From: Candidatus Jorgensenbacteria bacterium
GTDB taxonomy: Bacteria > Patescibacteriota > Minisyncoccia > UBA6257 > GWB1-50-10
Length of the DNA: 64,000 nucleotides
Assembly: GCA_043807585.1 (NCBI GenBank)
Contig: JAZDFV010000001.1
Span: forward strand, 46,590 to 110,589
Reading direction: 5' to 3'
Shown: positions 1 to 8,759 of the stretch, in pieces
Position numbering within the stretch: position 1 is the stretch's first letter
Layout of the letters: every line of letters begins with the position of its first letter
Translations under genes and position numbers: made by a program
Notes under the pieces: generated by a model
Told to the model about the DNA's origin: nothing
What the model saw: the letters and a program-made list of their open reading frames with translations, nothing else
Databases searched by the model: none

Positions 1-1283
1 AATGCACCTCTCACCCCCTTCATTACCGAATTAAGTAGATTTGCCGCTGGTCTAGGTGCGGTAGCGCCGAACGTTTGGGTCCTAGCCCCCGCCCCCGACA
101 ATCTTGCCCCAGCATTCCTGATGGGTGCCGTGAAGTAGCGGGCAATCCTTCCTCCACCAGCTCCTACCCCTTGGAGCCGGTTTCCAACACCTTGGAGACC
201 GCCGCTGATCTGGCGTCCCCACCGCGATCCCGCGGCCGCAGCACCCCCTCGCAGTGCTTGTTGCCCAGCATACGCGGCGAAACCCTTTTTGACGCCACCA
301 CCAACTTTATTAGCTATACTCATTGCTCCCTTCGCGCCGGTGATGCTCATGTTTTGGGCCACAATGAGGCCGCCGATGAGAAACCCAGAGAGGAGAATCA
401 CATTCACCCCATCTATGAAGATGGATTGGATGATGCTGTCAACGCCGCTGATTGTCGCGCTTCCCGCTCCCTTCCAGAGTTCGCCGAGTCCTTGGGCGGC
501 AATGAAGGAGAGATACACGAAGAACGAGGTCGCGGGCGCGAAGAAGGTCCACTGCAGGAACTTGTTCCACCATTTACTGAACTGCCCTTGGAGCGCGGGG
601 ATGACGAAGAAAAGCCACGTGATGGGAGCGATGACGAGTAGGAAGGAAAGAGAGAGAAATCGGATGATGAGCATAAAGGCAAGGACGAGGATGGTGAAGA
701 GCATAATCAGATTAAAAGCGGTCGCGAGCCACGGTCCCATGACGAGATTGATGGTGATTGAGGCTCCCGCGGCGAGGGCGCTGCCGGGATCTTTAGCGCC
801 CGCGAGGAACCGCTGGGGTCCGAACGCTCCTAGAAGAGTTGAGCCGATCTCCCCCGGGGATAATGAGATCTTTGTGAAAAAGAAATCAGTGATGACCTGC
901 GAGAAACCAATAATAGAGGCGCCGATCTGCAGACTGAAGTTCACGAGGATGGCTGCCATGATAAGGCGGGGAAGGAGCTTCTTCGCGCCGTAGCTTTCAA
1001 TGCGGAGAATGGTGGCGAATGCAATGACGATGATGACGATGACGAACCCGAGGTTCGCGATGTCCCGCACAATAGTCCACCCTACCGTGACAATGGCGTT
1101 CTGGTCCGAGACGATGAAGGTTTGTATGTAGTTCGCCGCTCCCGCGATGAGCCCACCCAGCGATAGGAGGAGCCCCGAGAGCGTCATGGCAATCCACCCA
1201 ATTACCCCCGCGACCATCAAGGTTGGTCCTAGCACGACAGCCGCTGCCGCCGCTCCTAAGAGTCCTGTGATAAAGTTCACCAT
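1..1283 (-). CDS. polytopic membrane protein, N-terminal ~427 aa visible; the gene continues past the window start. Multi-TM N-half then a Gly-rich hydrophilic region (VirB6/TrbL-like architecture, inference)
   Basis: Own translation of the minus strand from ATG 1283..1281 runs without stop to position 1 (MVNFITGLLGAAAAAVVLGPTLMVAGVIGW...). Absent from the ORF track because no stop lies inside the window. It starts 3 nt after the stop of the upstream gene. Confidence 0.6.
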   Translation of the reverse strand, partial: MVNFITGLLGAAAAAVVLGPTLMVAGVIGWIAMTLSGLLLSLGGLIAGAANYIQTFIVSDQNAIVTVGWTIVRDIANLGFVIVIIVIAFATILRIESYGAKKLLPRLIMAAILVNFSLQIGASIIGFSQVITDFFFTKISLSPGEIGSTLLGAFGPQRFLAGAKDPGSALAAGASITINLVMGPWLATAFNLIMLFTILVLAFMLIIRFLSLSFLLVIAPITWLFFVIPALQGQFSKWWNKFLQWTFFAPATSFFVYLSFIAAQGLGELWKGAGSATISGVDSIIQSIFIDGVNVILLSGFLIGGLIVAQNMSITGAKGAMSIANKVGGGVKKGFAAYAGQQALRGGAAAAGSRWGRQISGGLQGVGNRLQGVGAGGGRIARYFTAPIRNAGARLSGAGARTQTFGATAPRPAANLLNSVMKGVRGA

Positions 1284-1286
1284 AGT

Positions 1287-2855
1287 TTACGGGGGTATCG
1301 GGAGACCCTTCAGGAGTTCCTGGAGTCCCTTCACGCCCGACTTCACGAGCTTATTCACGATGGAATCCTCGATTGTCTGGAGGAACATCGAGACATCCTG
1401 GGTGGCGGCGAGGTTGTCGAGGTCCACCTGCGAGGCGCGCTCGGCGAGCCCCGCGGCGACGGTGGCCGGGCTCGTGATCTTCTCATTCTCACACTCCCAG
1501 AAGTAAGAGTAGTCATTTTTCCAGAAGCGGGTTCCTTTCCCCACTGGTCCTGTTTGAGGATCTTTATTGAAGCCGCCCACAACGTTCCCGTCGGAGTCCA
1601 CGGGACCTATCGCCCCGTCAGGTGTCTGGTCGTTGGCGTATACGAAATTGCCTATTTCCAGTTCTGAGATTCGGTAGTCGGTAAGCGTATGTCCTCGTTC
1701 CATACCCTCGGCGATGTACTTCGTCCACTGGGTGCACTGCTTCACTGGCACAAATCCGCGTGCCTGCTCAAGGCGCGCATTTTCGGCGGCGGTGGCTTGC
1801 TGCCGCGCCGCCTCATCAATGAGTGAGAGCGAAGCACCGTAGTAGTTGTTCTGCGGTTGGAGCATCTCATTGTAGGCGACCCACCCTCCCTGCCGGAAGT
1901 CCTGGTAAAAGTTCTCTACATTTGCGACCACCTTGTCCAGTGTGCAGGTGATCTGCTCATAGAAAGGATTGTCTTCGCGCCGCACTGATGGGATTTGGAG
2001 CTGTACGTTTAAGCGGAACGGTTCGCAGAGACGCGGGGCGACCCGCGAGATGAAGCGGTCAACCGCGAGGCGACCCGTGTCTTCCAAAAATTTTCCCGGC
2101 TGTTTTATGAACTGCGGCGCCTTGCCGCTCTGTATCCAATCCACGATCTGGGTGGAGAGCTGGTAGAGGAGCGCTTTCTTGATGGTCTCGTTCGTCGTCT
2201 TCAGGAGTTCGGCGCACTTCGCGCGCGTGTCGGCGTTTACCTCCGCAATCTTTTGCTCTTTAATTTGCTTGTTTAATTTTTCCTTAAGCTTCTTTAAAGT
2301 CACTTCCTGCCGCGCTATAGCTCTCTCGTCTATTGTTGGCACGGTGGTGAGTCCGGCGGCTACGTCCGCCGCGCTCCTTACCGCCTCTTCGGCAGCATCT
2401 CTCGCGTCTTCGAGGGCAGATTCTCTCCCAATAGTTTTTAACTCCTCGCTTAAAATGTTTTCTATATCAGCCATCTGCTTATCTACCTCGGTTTTCATCG
2501 TGTTTCCGATGAGCCCATTGAAGGTGTTGCTCACGAAGTTACCCGCTGCGTCATATGCGCTCTGTTTAAGCGCGTTTATATCCAAGCCGATTTTTCCTAA
2601 TATCTCGTTCTGGACATAACCCACCATTTTATCGAGAACGGCGGTTTGGATTTTTGCTCTAAAATCTATATTTAGGGCAGCGAGGCGCCCGAAGCGGGTT
2701 GCGATTTCGGCTGCCTTAGCACAGAGCTCCATGCCGGGGGCTACCTTATTAGTTGACTGCGCGAGCGCCGTCGGGGGAAACGGAAACACGCCCCCCACCA
2801 TTAACGCGATGATGAGTAGTACCACGACAAAACCTTCCCTAAATGAGTTTCTCAT
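1287..2855 (-). CDS. secreted or membrane-anchored hypothetical protein with a coiled-coil-rich middle (522 aa)
   Basis: Long ORF with an N-terminal hydrophobic signal/TM (VVVLLIIALMVGGVF). EK-rich heptad-like segments. Same strand as the flanking genes, probable operon. Confidence 0.6.
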   Translation of the reverse strand: MRNSFREGFVVVLLIIALMVGGVFPFPPTALAQSTNKVAPGMELCAKAAEIATRFGRLAALNIDFRAKIQTAVLDKMVGYVQNEILGKIGLDINALKQSAYDAAGNFVSNTFNGLIGNTMKTEVDKQMADIENILSEELKTIGRESALEDARDAAEEAVRSAADVAAGLTTVPTIDERAIARQEVTLKKLKEKLNKQIKEQKIAEVNADTRAKCAELLKTTNETIKKALLYQLSTQIVDWIQSGKAPQFIKQPGKFLEDTGRLAVDRFISRVAPRLCEPFRLNVQLQIPSVRREDNPFYEQITCTLDKVVANVENFYQDFRQGGWVAYNEMLQPQNNYYGASLSLIDEAARQQATAAENARLEQARGFVPVKQCTQWTKYIAEGMERGHTLTDYRISELEIGNFVYANDQTPDGAIGPVDSDGNVVGGFNKDPQTGPVGKGTRFWKNDYSYFWECENEKITSPATVAAGLAERASQVDLDNLAATQDVSMFLQTIEDSIVNKLVKSGVKGLQELLKGLPIPP

Positions 2856-3618
2856 CGGTGATTTTTTTGTTTATCGCGGTCTGTATCTCTTGGAATTCGC
2901 GGTCGGCCTCCGCGGGAAGGAGGCGCGTCGCGGCGATGAGGTAGCGGAGCGGGTCCACATCAGCCGCGCCGAGCGAGCGGTAGATGTTCCGCTGTCGCAG
3001 GAAGAACGCGACGAGGTCGCGGTGCACGGTGAGCCACGAGGACGGCACATTCACCGCCTTCAAGAGCTCCGCGGTGTGGTCCAACGCGGCGGCGGTGTCA
3101 CCAAAGAACGCGGTGAGCGATGGCGATGAGGCGAGGTCTGGGAATTTATCACTTTGCGCCTCAAGGATCCGGTCTATGAAGAGCAGATACGCAAGTTGGG
3201 TGTCTTTGGAATCCGAGGCGTTCACATTGAGATCGGACTCCTTGATTGCTTCCGTGGCGAGTTCAGTGTCAATTATTTTTGAGACGATGGCGGCGACGTC
3301 CGCCTTCTCCGGGAGGAGCTTGGGGGTTTGGGCTGTTTCGCCGCCCGCCTTGAGCGTTTCGTTTTGCGCGATGAGCCGCTCGAGCGCCTGGTCGGTGAAC
3401 TCATTGGTGAGATTGGGCAGTGCCCGCACAAAATTAAGGTTTTGGGAGAGCGCGCCGGCGGCAGGCGCCCCAAAGCCGGGCGTGCCGCCCATGTTTTTCC
3501 CCGGAGCCGTTGCGAGTACAAGATAGACGCTCGCGGCGAGAGAGATGCCGAGGATGGCAACGGAGAAGAGTGCGCGACGACCGCGCGTCGAACTCGGAAA
3601 AGGTATATGCACGCGCAT
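2839..3618 (-). CDS. membrane-anchored hypothetical protein
   Basis: ORF 2839..3645 with start trimmed to ATG 3618 (MRVHIPF), preceded by GGAGG and a TATAAT box (tatataatagggaggaaATG on the minus strand). TM helix ALFSVAILGISLAASVYLVLA. Confidence 0.55.
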   Translation of the reverse strand: MRVHIPFPSSTRGRRALFSVAILGISLAASVYLVLATAPGKNMGGTPGFGAPAAGALSQNLNFVRALPNLTNEFTDQALERLIAQNETLKAGGETAQTPKLLPEKADVAAIVSKIIDTELATEAIKESDLNVNASDSKDTQLAYLLFIDRILEAQSDKFPDLASSPSLTAFFGDTAAALDHTAELLKAVNVPSSWLTVHRDLVAFFLRQRNIYRSLGAADVDPLRYLIAATRLLPAEADREFQEIQTAINKKITDEKLI

Positions 3619-3691
3619 TTCCTCCCTATTATATACCATCAACACAAAAGTGTCTCTCGAAAGAAGCGTTTTTGCGTGGTGAATTATCTTG

Positions 3692-4354
3692 TCATGGGCA
3701 GAGCTTTTTCAGAAGGTCCCCTACCAGCGGAATACTACCTATGACCGCGTTGCAGACCATTGAAGCGCCTTTGAAAATTACGCCTTCTATGGGTACGCCG
3801 ATTGGAGAACCAGAGCCAATCTGGTAAATGAGATTATCTACAGGGCAACCACTGGCCGATGCGAGTTGGCAGATTTCATCGAGTAATTCTTCCGAGATTG
3901 GGATAGATTTGCAGAGGTTTTTTGCGAATCCGGTGCCGACTTTCTCTCCCACTTCCTCTACCTTTTTACAGATACCGCAGAGGTCAATTGAGTTGCCGAG
4001 GACGTTGGTCCCGGGAACAAAGTACGCGAAGTTTCTCTTTACCGCGTTGATGTTTGGTATTGGCACCAACTCCACCCGGAGGAGGCCAAGCGTGGCTGAT
4101 GTCGGATCGCCCACGTCAATTTGTTCTATGGTCACGAGTGTCGTGAAAAAGGTAGCGACCAGTATGGGAAGTGTAATCTCACTTATGCAGGCGGCGGGTG
4201 CTGGGACATAGCTTTTAACCTTACCCCCGAAGGGAGTGAAGATTTGGAGCGCGCGTGTCTCACTTGGAGCACCCATCGCGATAATTCCTGCCACGAGCGC
4301 GAACGCCGTGATGTATGTCGCGAGGCGGACGTGTTTTGGGTGGTGCGGCTCCAT
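3692..4354 (-). CDS. Cys-containing small membrane protein, hypothetical
   Basis: ORF 3692..4363. N-terminal TM (YITAFALVAGIIAMGA). Several Cys pairs (CGICKK, CQLASASGC). Start uncertain. Confidence 0.45.
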   Translation of the reverse strand: MEPHHPKHVRLATYITAFALVAGIIAMGAPSETRALQIFTPFGGKVKSYVPAPAACISEITLPILVATFFTTLVTIEQIDVGDPTSATLGLLRVELVPIPNINAVKRNFAYFVPGTNVLGNSIDLCGICKKVEEVGEKVGTGFAKNLCKSIPISEELLDEICQLASASGCPVDNLIYQIGSGSPIGVPIEGVIFKGASMVCNAVIGSIPLVGDLLKKLCP

Positions 4355-4359
4355 ACCAC

Positions 4360-5358
4360 TCAAGTATAGCGCAACGACGCGATAGAGAGGATATCCTCCA
4401 CCGAGAGGTCTTGCGGGCGCCCCTCCGGCTTCATTCCCGCACCGCGCAGTTTCTCCGCGACCTCATGTCGTGCAACGCGCGGGTCTCCCGCGGTAAGGTT
4501 GTTGAGGATGGTCTTCCGCGGCTGTTTGAAAAGTGCATGGACGAGAGTGTAATACGCCGCAGGGTCGTATGCGGGCACTTTGGTGTCCAAGGCGAGGATG
4601 GCGGAGTCCACCTTCGGCGGTGGGCTAAATTCTTTTCTTGGAATGTAGCCGACGATGGTCGGCGCAGCCCAAAGTTGGATGCTCGCCGCCAATAAATTCA
4701 TTTTTGGCGGTTTCGCGATTATCCGTTCCGCGACCTCTTGCTGGACGGTGAGAACTACCCGAGTAATCAATGATTGATGATTGGTAATTAAATCACCAAT
4801 GACGCGCAAAAGCCGCCCGGTGAGATAGAAGGGAATATTTCCGACTATTTTATAGTTGGGATTTCTAATTTCCCCGCCTGTGGCGACCTGCGCTTCGTCG
4901 AAGGCTTCTCGCCTCGTCTCCGACGACGAGTCGGAGCGGGCGGCAAGGTGAGGGCTTCGGCGGGCGGGTAATTTCAAATTTCTAATCAATTTTGGAAGAA
5001 TTTTCAGAACATCACCTTCAATGATTTCAATTTTGGAATTTTGTGGTTTGGAATTTGTTTGGGAATTGTCCCGACCTTGTCGAGGACTCGCGACGAAGTC
5101 GGAGGAAATCGTCTCCATACGGGAGATCCCGCGAAGCGGGAGAAATTGGAAATTTTTTCTGAGTGAGGCAACCAACAAAGAATCTCGTTCTATGAGAATA
5201 AAGCGCGCTCCTGGCGTTTTTATCAACTCCTTGGTGAGCTCCCCATGCCCTGGGCCTATTTCCACCACCGTGTCGCTGGGTTCAAGTTCGAGCGCCCCCG
5301 CGATGCGGCGGAGATATATTCGAGATTCAAGAAAATGTTGCCCTAATCGTTTTCCCAT
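4360..5358 (-). CDS. rsmA: 16S rRNA (adenine1518/1519-N6)-dimethyltransferase RsmA/KsgA, with an ~50-aa inserted segment
   Basis: Motifs KRLGQHFL, VVEIGPGHGELT and NIPFY. ORF is 337 aa where ~265 is usual. Start placed at the second Met (MGKRLGQHFL). Confidence 0.85.
   Translation of the reverse strand: MGKRLGQHFLESRIYLRRIAGALELEPSDTVVEIGPGHGELTKELIKTPGARFILIERDSLLVASLRKNFQFLPLRGISRMETISSDFVASPRQGRDNSQTNSKPQNSKIEIIEGDVLKILPKLIRNLKLPARRSPHLAARSDSSSETRREAFDEAQVATGGEIRNPNYKIVGNIPFYLTGRLLRVIGDLITNHQSLITRVVLTVQQEVAERIIAKPPKMNLLAASIQLWAAPTIVGYIPRKEFSPPPKVDSAILALDTKVPAYDPAAYYTLVHALFKQPRKTILNNLTAGDPRVARHEVAEKLRGAGMKPEGRPQDLSVEDILSIASLRYT
4969..5068. repeat. AT-rich repeat tract (GAAATTC / TTGGAATTT units) embedded in-frame in rsmA
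   Basis: Local GC drops sharply. Units shared with intergenic copies at 19650-19810 and 33055-33170. The ORF reads through. Confidence 0.7.
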
Positions 5359-5362
5359 AAAT

Positions 5363-5387
5363 ATTAACGACATCGTAAGTCGTTAAT
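5363..5387. promoter_or_regulatory. 25-bp palindrome ATTAACGAC-atcgtaa-GTCGTTAAT just upstream of rsmA; candidate operator
   Basis: An identical 25-mer recurs at 13099-13123 in the rpsO/xer divergent region. Confidence 0.5.
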
Positions 5388-5498
5388 TTTGTTTTTTTAC
5401 AGCATACATATACTATTAAGACCATTAGTACTATAAGCCATAATAGCCCGCATCCCAAGCGGGTTTTCATAATAGTTGCCGTCGTGCTCTTTTTTCTG

Positions 5499-6446
5499 AT
5501 GGAAGGAACAGCGCACGCGTTTTTTTGGCGTACGCTATTCGGCTGGACGGGACTTGCAGCCATTCCGGCCGATGGAGCGGCGCCGTCGCAGTTTATAGAC
5601 ACCCATGACGGGACGATAACCCCCTTCTCCGTTCCCCTCGCGGGTGACGGCGCTCGTGAGATGTTCCTCGGTGCTGCCGAAGGAACCATCGTGGGGTTCT
5701 CCAACCCTTCAAGTATCGTGATTCAGGTGCGGGGAGGCCTGAAGCGCTACAAGGTGCAGAAGGGAGATACCCTCTCCAGGATTGCGGCACGTTTCGGCAT
5801 TTCCCTCGAGACCCTCCGCCAGGCGAATCCCGATGTGCTTCCCCCGCTTCGCGTGGGCACCGAGCTCCTCGTCCTACCCGTCTCGGGCATGCTCTACAAA
5901 GTTTCCGCCGGCGACTCGCTTGAAATGGTTGCCGCCCGCTACGGAGTAGACCCCGGTGCGGTGCGGCAGTACAACGCAGATCTTCAGAAAATTTTTACCG
6001 AAGGCCGCGGGACTCTCGTGCTCCCCAACGCACGAGCACCCCGCGCGGTGTCCGCGCCTCCCCGCGATGAGCTCCCCGACCTCAAGGGGTATTTCCTCCT
6101 CCCTGCCATGGGTTGGAATTGGGGAGAGCTCCATGGACAAAACGCGATAGATATCGGCGGGAAGTGCGATACGCTGGTGCGCGCCTCCGCCGACGGGTTG
6201 GTGATGGAGGCGGTCTCCGGTGGTGCGTGGAACGGAGGGTACGGAAACTTGGTAACTGTTGAGCACACGAACGGCACGCAAACGCGCTACGCGCACCTCG
6301 GGAAGGTACTCGTGCGGGTAGGTATCTTTGTGGCGCGCGGTGCGGAGATCGGGACCATGGGGGAAACTGGTGCCTCCCACGGCCCCACCGGGTGCTCGCT
6401 CCACTTTGAGGTGAAAGGGGCCAAGAACCCGTTCGCCGTCAGGTGA
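5499..6446 (+). CDS. peptidoglycan hydrolase with two LysM domains and a C-terminal M23 peptidase domain
   Basis: Two LysM-like segments (YKVQKGDTLSRIAARFGIS and YKVSAGDSLEMVAARYGV). M23 core (GIDIGG ... YGNLVTVEH ... LHFEV). Start uncertain, GTG 5484 or ATG 5499. Confidence 0.8.
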   Translation: MEGTAHAFFWRTLFGWTGLAAIPADGAAPSQFIDTHDGTITPFSVPLAGDGAREMFLGAAEGTIVGFSNPSSIVIQVRGGLKRYKVQKGDTLSRIAARFGISLETLRQANPDVLPPLRVGTELLVLPVSGMLYKVSAGDSLEMVAARYGVDPGAVRQYNADLQKIFTEGRGTLVLPNARAPRAVSAPPRDELPDLKGYFLLPAMGWNWGELHGQNAIDIGGKCDTLVRASADGLVMEAVSGGAWNGGYGNLVTVEHTNGTQTRYAHLGKVLVRVGIFVARGAEIGTMGETGASHGPTGCSLHFEVKGAKNPFAVR

Positions 6447-6450
6447 ACGC

Positions 6451-6537
6451 GATGCGAATATACTAATGCATACTAATTATACGAATAAAGGAATCCCCCA
6501 TTAGTAGCATTCGTATGAATTCGTATATTCGCATCGC
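6451..6537. repeat. long inverted repeat (perfect 15-bp arms GCGATGCGAATATAC / GTATATTCGCATCGC, 57-nt spacer with nested palindromes) between convergent genes; bidirectional terminator or small palindromic element
   Basis: Seen directly. AT-rich, with nested TACGAAT/ATTCGTA arms. Confidence 0.55.
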
Positions 6538-6539
6538 GC

Positions 6540-8081
6540 CTACTCGTTATTCCTGATTCGATATTGAAACGCCTCGGCGAGGTGGTGTTCCTTAACGCTG
6601 AATGAACCGTCAATGTCGGCCACTGTGCGCGCCACCTTGAGGGTTCTGTAGTAGCCGCGCGGGGAGAGGAATGCCCGCTCCAGTGCGCGTTTCAGGAACG
6701 ATTCCGCGGACTGCTCGAGGGATACCAGCGCTTCAATTTCACTCGAGGTCATTTCGCTGTTGGTGATCGCGTGGATGCCCGCGGTTTTGAATCGCTCGCG
6801 CTGCCGTTCGCGCGCCTGAGTTACCCTCCCTCGCGCCCGCTCGGTTTCTGCCGCGTCTCCTGCGCGCTCCTCCCTGAGTTCGGTCACGGAGATCCGCGGC
6901 ACGGTGAGGTGCATGTCAATGCGGTCGAGGAGCGGTCCGGAGATCTTCCGCTGGTAGCGGAAGATCTCGTGGGCGCTGCAGCGGCATTCGTGTTCCTGAT
7001 CCTCAAAGTAGCCGCAGGGGCAAGGGTTCATGGAGGCGATGAGCGTGAACCGCGCTGGGAGCGTGAGTGTGCGCTTCGCGCGGGCGATGTGGATAGCTCC
7101 TTCCTCGAGCGGTTGCCGGAGTCCTTCCAAAACGTCGCGGTGGAACTCCGGGATCTCGTCCAGGAAGAGCACCCCGCGGTGTGCCAAACTCACCTCGCCT
7201 GGTCGCGGGTGAGTTCCGCCTCCCAGGATGGAGACGAGGGAAGCGCTGTGGTGGGGAGTCCGAAATGGGCGGAACGGAATGAATGGTTGATTTTCGTTCA
7301 GCCCGGCCGCGCTGTAGATGCGGGTGATCTCAATACTTTCCTCGGTGGTTGGCGGTGGGAGTATGCTTGCGAGTGCCTGGGCAAGCATGGTTTTCCCGGT
7401 GCCCGGGGGACCGGACATGAGAAGGTGGTGACCGCCAGCAGCCGCCACGAGAAGTGCGCGCTTGCCCGCCTCGTTCCCTCGGATCTCGTGTAGCTGTACG
7501 GACTCGGATTGATAGCTGGGCGCGATGGTCGTCGGAGGTGCGGGAGGAATGGGCACTCGTACCTCCAGGTGAGCGATAAGTTCGCCCAAAGTTCCCACAG
7601 GGATCACCGAGATGCCAGAAACAGCGGCGGCCTCCTCGGCGTTTGCCAGTGGCACAAAAAGTTCTTGGATGCCCAGGGTGCGGGCGAGGATAGCGATATT
7701 CAAACATCCGTTCACCGGCCGGAGCGTCCCGTCCAGTGAAAGCTCTCCAACGAATAGTTTGCCGGCGGTGGGAAATGGCGCGAGTTGTTCGCTCGCGAGT
7801 AGGTAGGCAAGGGCGATAGGAAGATCAAAGCGTGACCCCGCCTTTTCCATGTCCGCGGGAGCGAGGTTCACGGTGATTCGGCGGTTCTCTTTGGTGGGCG
7901 GGCGAATTCCGGCGTGTTTCAATGCGGAATTCACCCTTTCTTTTGATTCCCCCACCGCTTTGTCGGCGAGCCCCACGATATTGAACGCGTGGAGGCCGAC
8001 GTTCAGGTCGGCCTCTATTTCCACCAAGTGCGCGTCAATGCCGTCGAGTTCTGCGGAGAGAAGTTTGGGGACAGGAGCCAT
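6540..8081 (-). CDS. comM: Mg-chelatase-like AAA+ ATPase, YifB/ComM family
   Basis: 513 aa. Walker A GPPGTGKT. Typical ComM N-terminal (LLSAELDGIDAHLVEIEAD) and C-terminal segments. Confidence 0.85.
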   Translation of the reverse strand: MAPVPKLLSAELDGIDAHLVEIEADLNVGLHAFNIVGLADKAVGESKERVNSALKHAGIRPPTKENRRITVNLAPADMEKAGSRFDLPIALAYLLASEQLAPFPTAGKLFVGELSLDGTLRPVNGCLNIAILARTLGIQELFVPLANAEEAAAVSGISVIPVGTLGELIAHLEVRVPIPPAPPTTIAPSYQSESVQLHEIRGNEAGKRALLVAAAGGHHLLMSGPPGTGKTMLAQALASILPPPTTEESIEITRIYSAAGLNENQPFIPFRPFRTPHHSASLVSILGGGTHPRPGEVSLAHRGVLFLDEIPEFHRDVLEGLRQPLEEGAIHIARAKRTLTLPARFTLIASMNPCPCGYFEDQEHECRCSAHEIFRYQRKISGPLLDRIDMHLTVPRISVTELREERAGDAAETERARGRVTQARERQRERFKTAGIHAITNSEMTSSEIEALVSLEQSAESFLKRALERAFLSPRGYYRTLKVARTVADIDGSFSVKEHHLAEAFQYRIRNNE

Positions 8082-8094
8082 CGGGGCGCACCGC

Positions 8095-8439
8095 CTACCG
8101 TTTTCTTCCCTTGCTCTTTTTGCAACTTATGCAGAGTGCAGATTCCGGATCCACGTCGAGGAGCACCGGCTCTATTTCTTTACTGCACCGTTCACAGCGG
8201 CCGTAGTTCCCCACCCCGATTTTCGCGAGGGCGCTCCGAATGCGGTCCAGCTGGTGCCCGAGTACCCTCTTCAGGCCCAGCCAAGTGCCGAATTCTTCCG
8301 TCTCATCCGCTTCCTCTTCGAGGTGATCGGTGTCGTCGCCGAAATCCAGCCCCTCCTTGAAGCGTGCGAGCTGTCCTTCAATCTTTTTCTCCTGCGAGCG
8401 CAGTTTCTCTTCCAAATCCTTGCGGCGCTTTTCTTCCAT
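8095..8439 (-). CDS. DksA/TraR-family C4 zinc-finger protein
   Basis: CERCSKEIEPVLLDVDPESALCISCKK four-Cys finger with an N-terminal coiled coil. Start trimmed to MEEKRRK, which lies immediately after the CTCTAACGGG element end. Confidence 0.7.
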   Translation of the reverse strand: MEEKRRKDLEEKLRSQEKKIEGQLARFKEGLDFGDDTDHLEEEADETEEFGTWLGLKRVLGHQLDRIRSALAKIGVGNYGRCERCSKEIEPVLLDVDPESALCISCKKSKGRKR

Positions 8440-8615
8440 CCCGTTAGAGGCAGTCCCGTTAGAAATCCGCCCTGCGAGAGCAGTGGCGGCAGCCACCGTG
8501 GGGCGGCTTATTTCTAACGGGACGTGATGCCTCGTCTAGTTTGACTCCTGCGACCTTGCCCGATTGTTGAATAAACATATGGTTCTGGATTTAGTTGCCT
8601 CTAACGGGATCCATA
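8438..8615. mobile_element. MITE-like element with perfect 15-bp terminal inverted repeats ATCCCGTTAGAGGCA / TGCCTCTAACGGGAT; contains a nested pair CCCGTTAGAAAT / ATTTCTAACGGG (8455-8520)
   Basis: Inverted-repeat termini seen directly. Member of a 7-copy family in this window. Confidence 0.6.
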
Positions 8616-8759
8616 CGGGAAACAATAGCCCCCGAGGGGGATGTGGTCAATCCCTCACCCTTCTTTGTATTGCCGAGAGAAACGCCTTCGGTAGCACTAG
8701 CATTATGAACCTCTCCCCGTGGTGTCTCGGGGAGGTAGCAGCGGAAGGGTGAGGGAGGG

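Noticed and set aside
5484-5498. GTG at 5484 as the start of the LysM/M23 peptidase
   Set aside because: No RBS before it. ATG at 5499 begins a more signal-peptide-like N-terminus. Either start remains possible.
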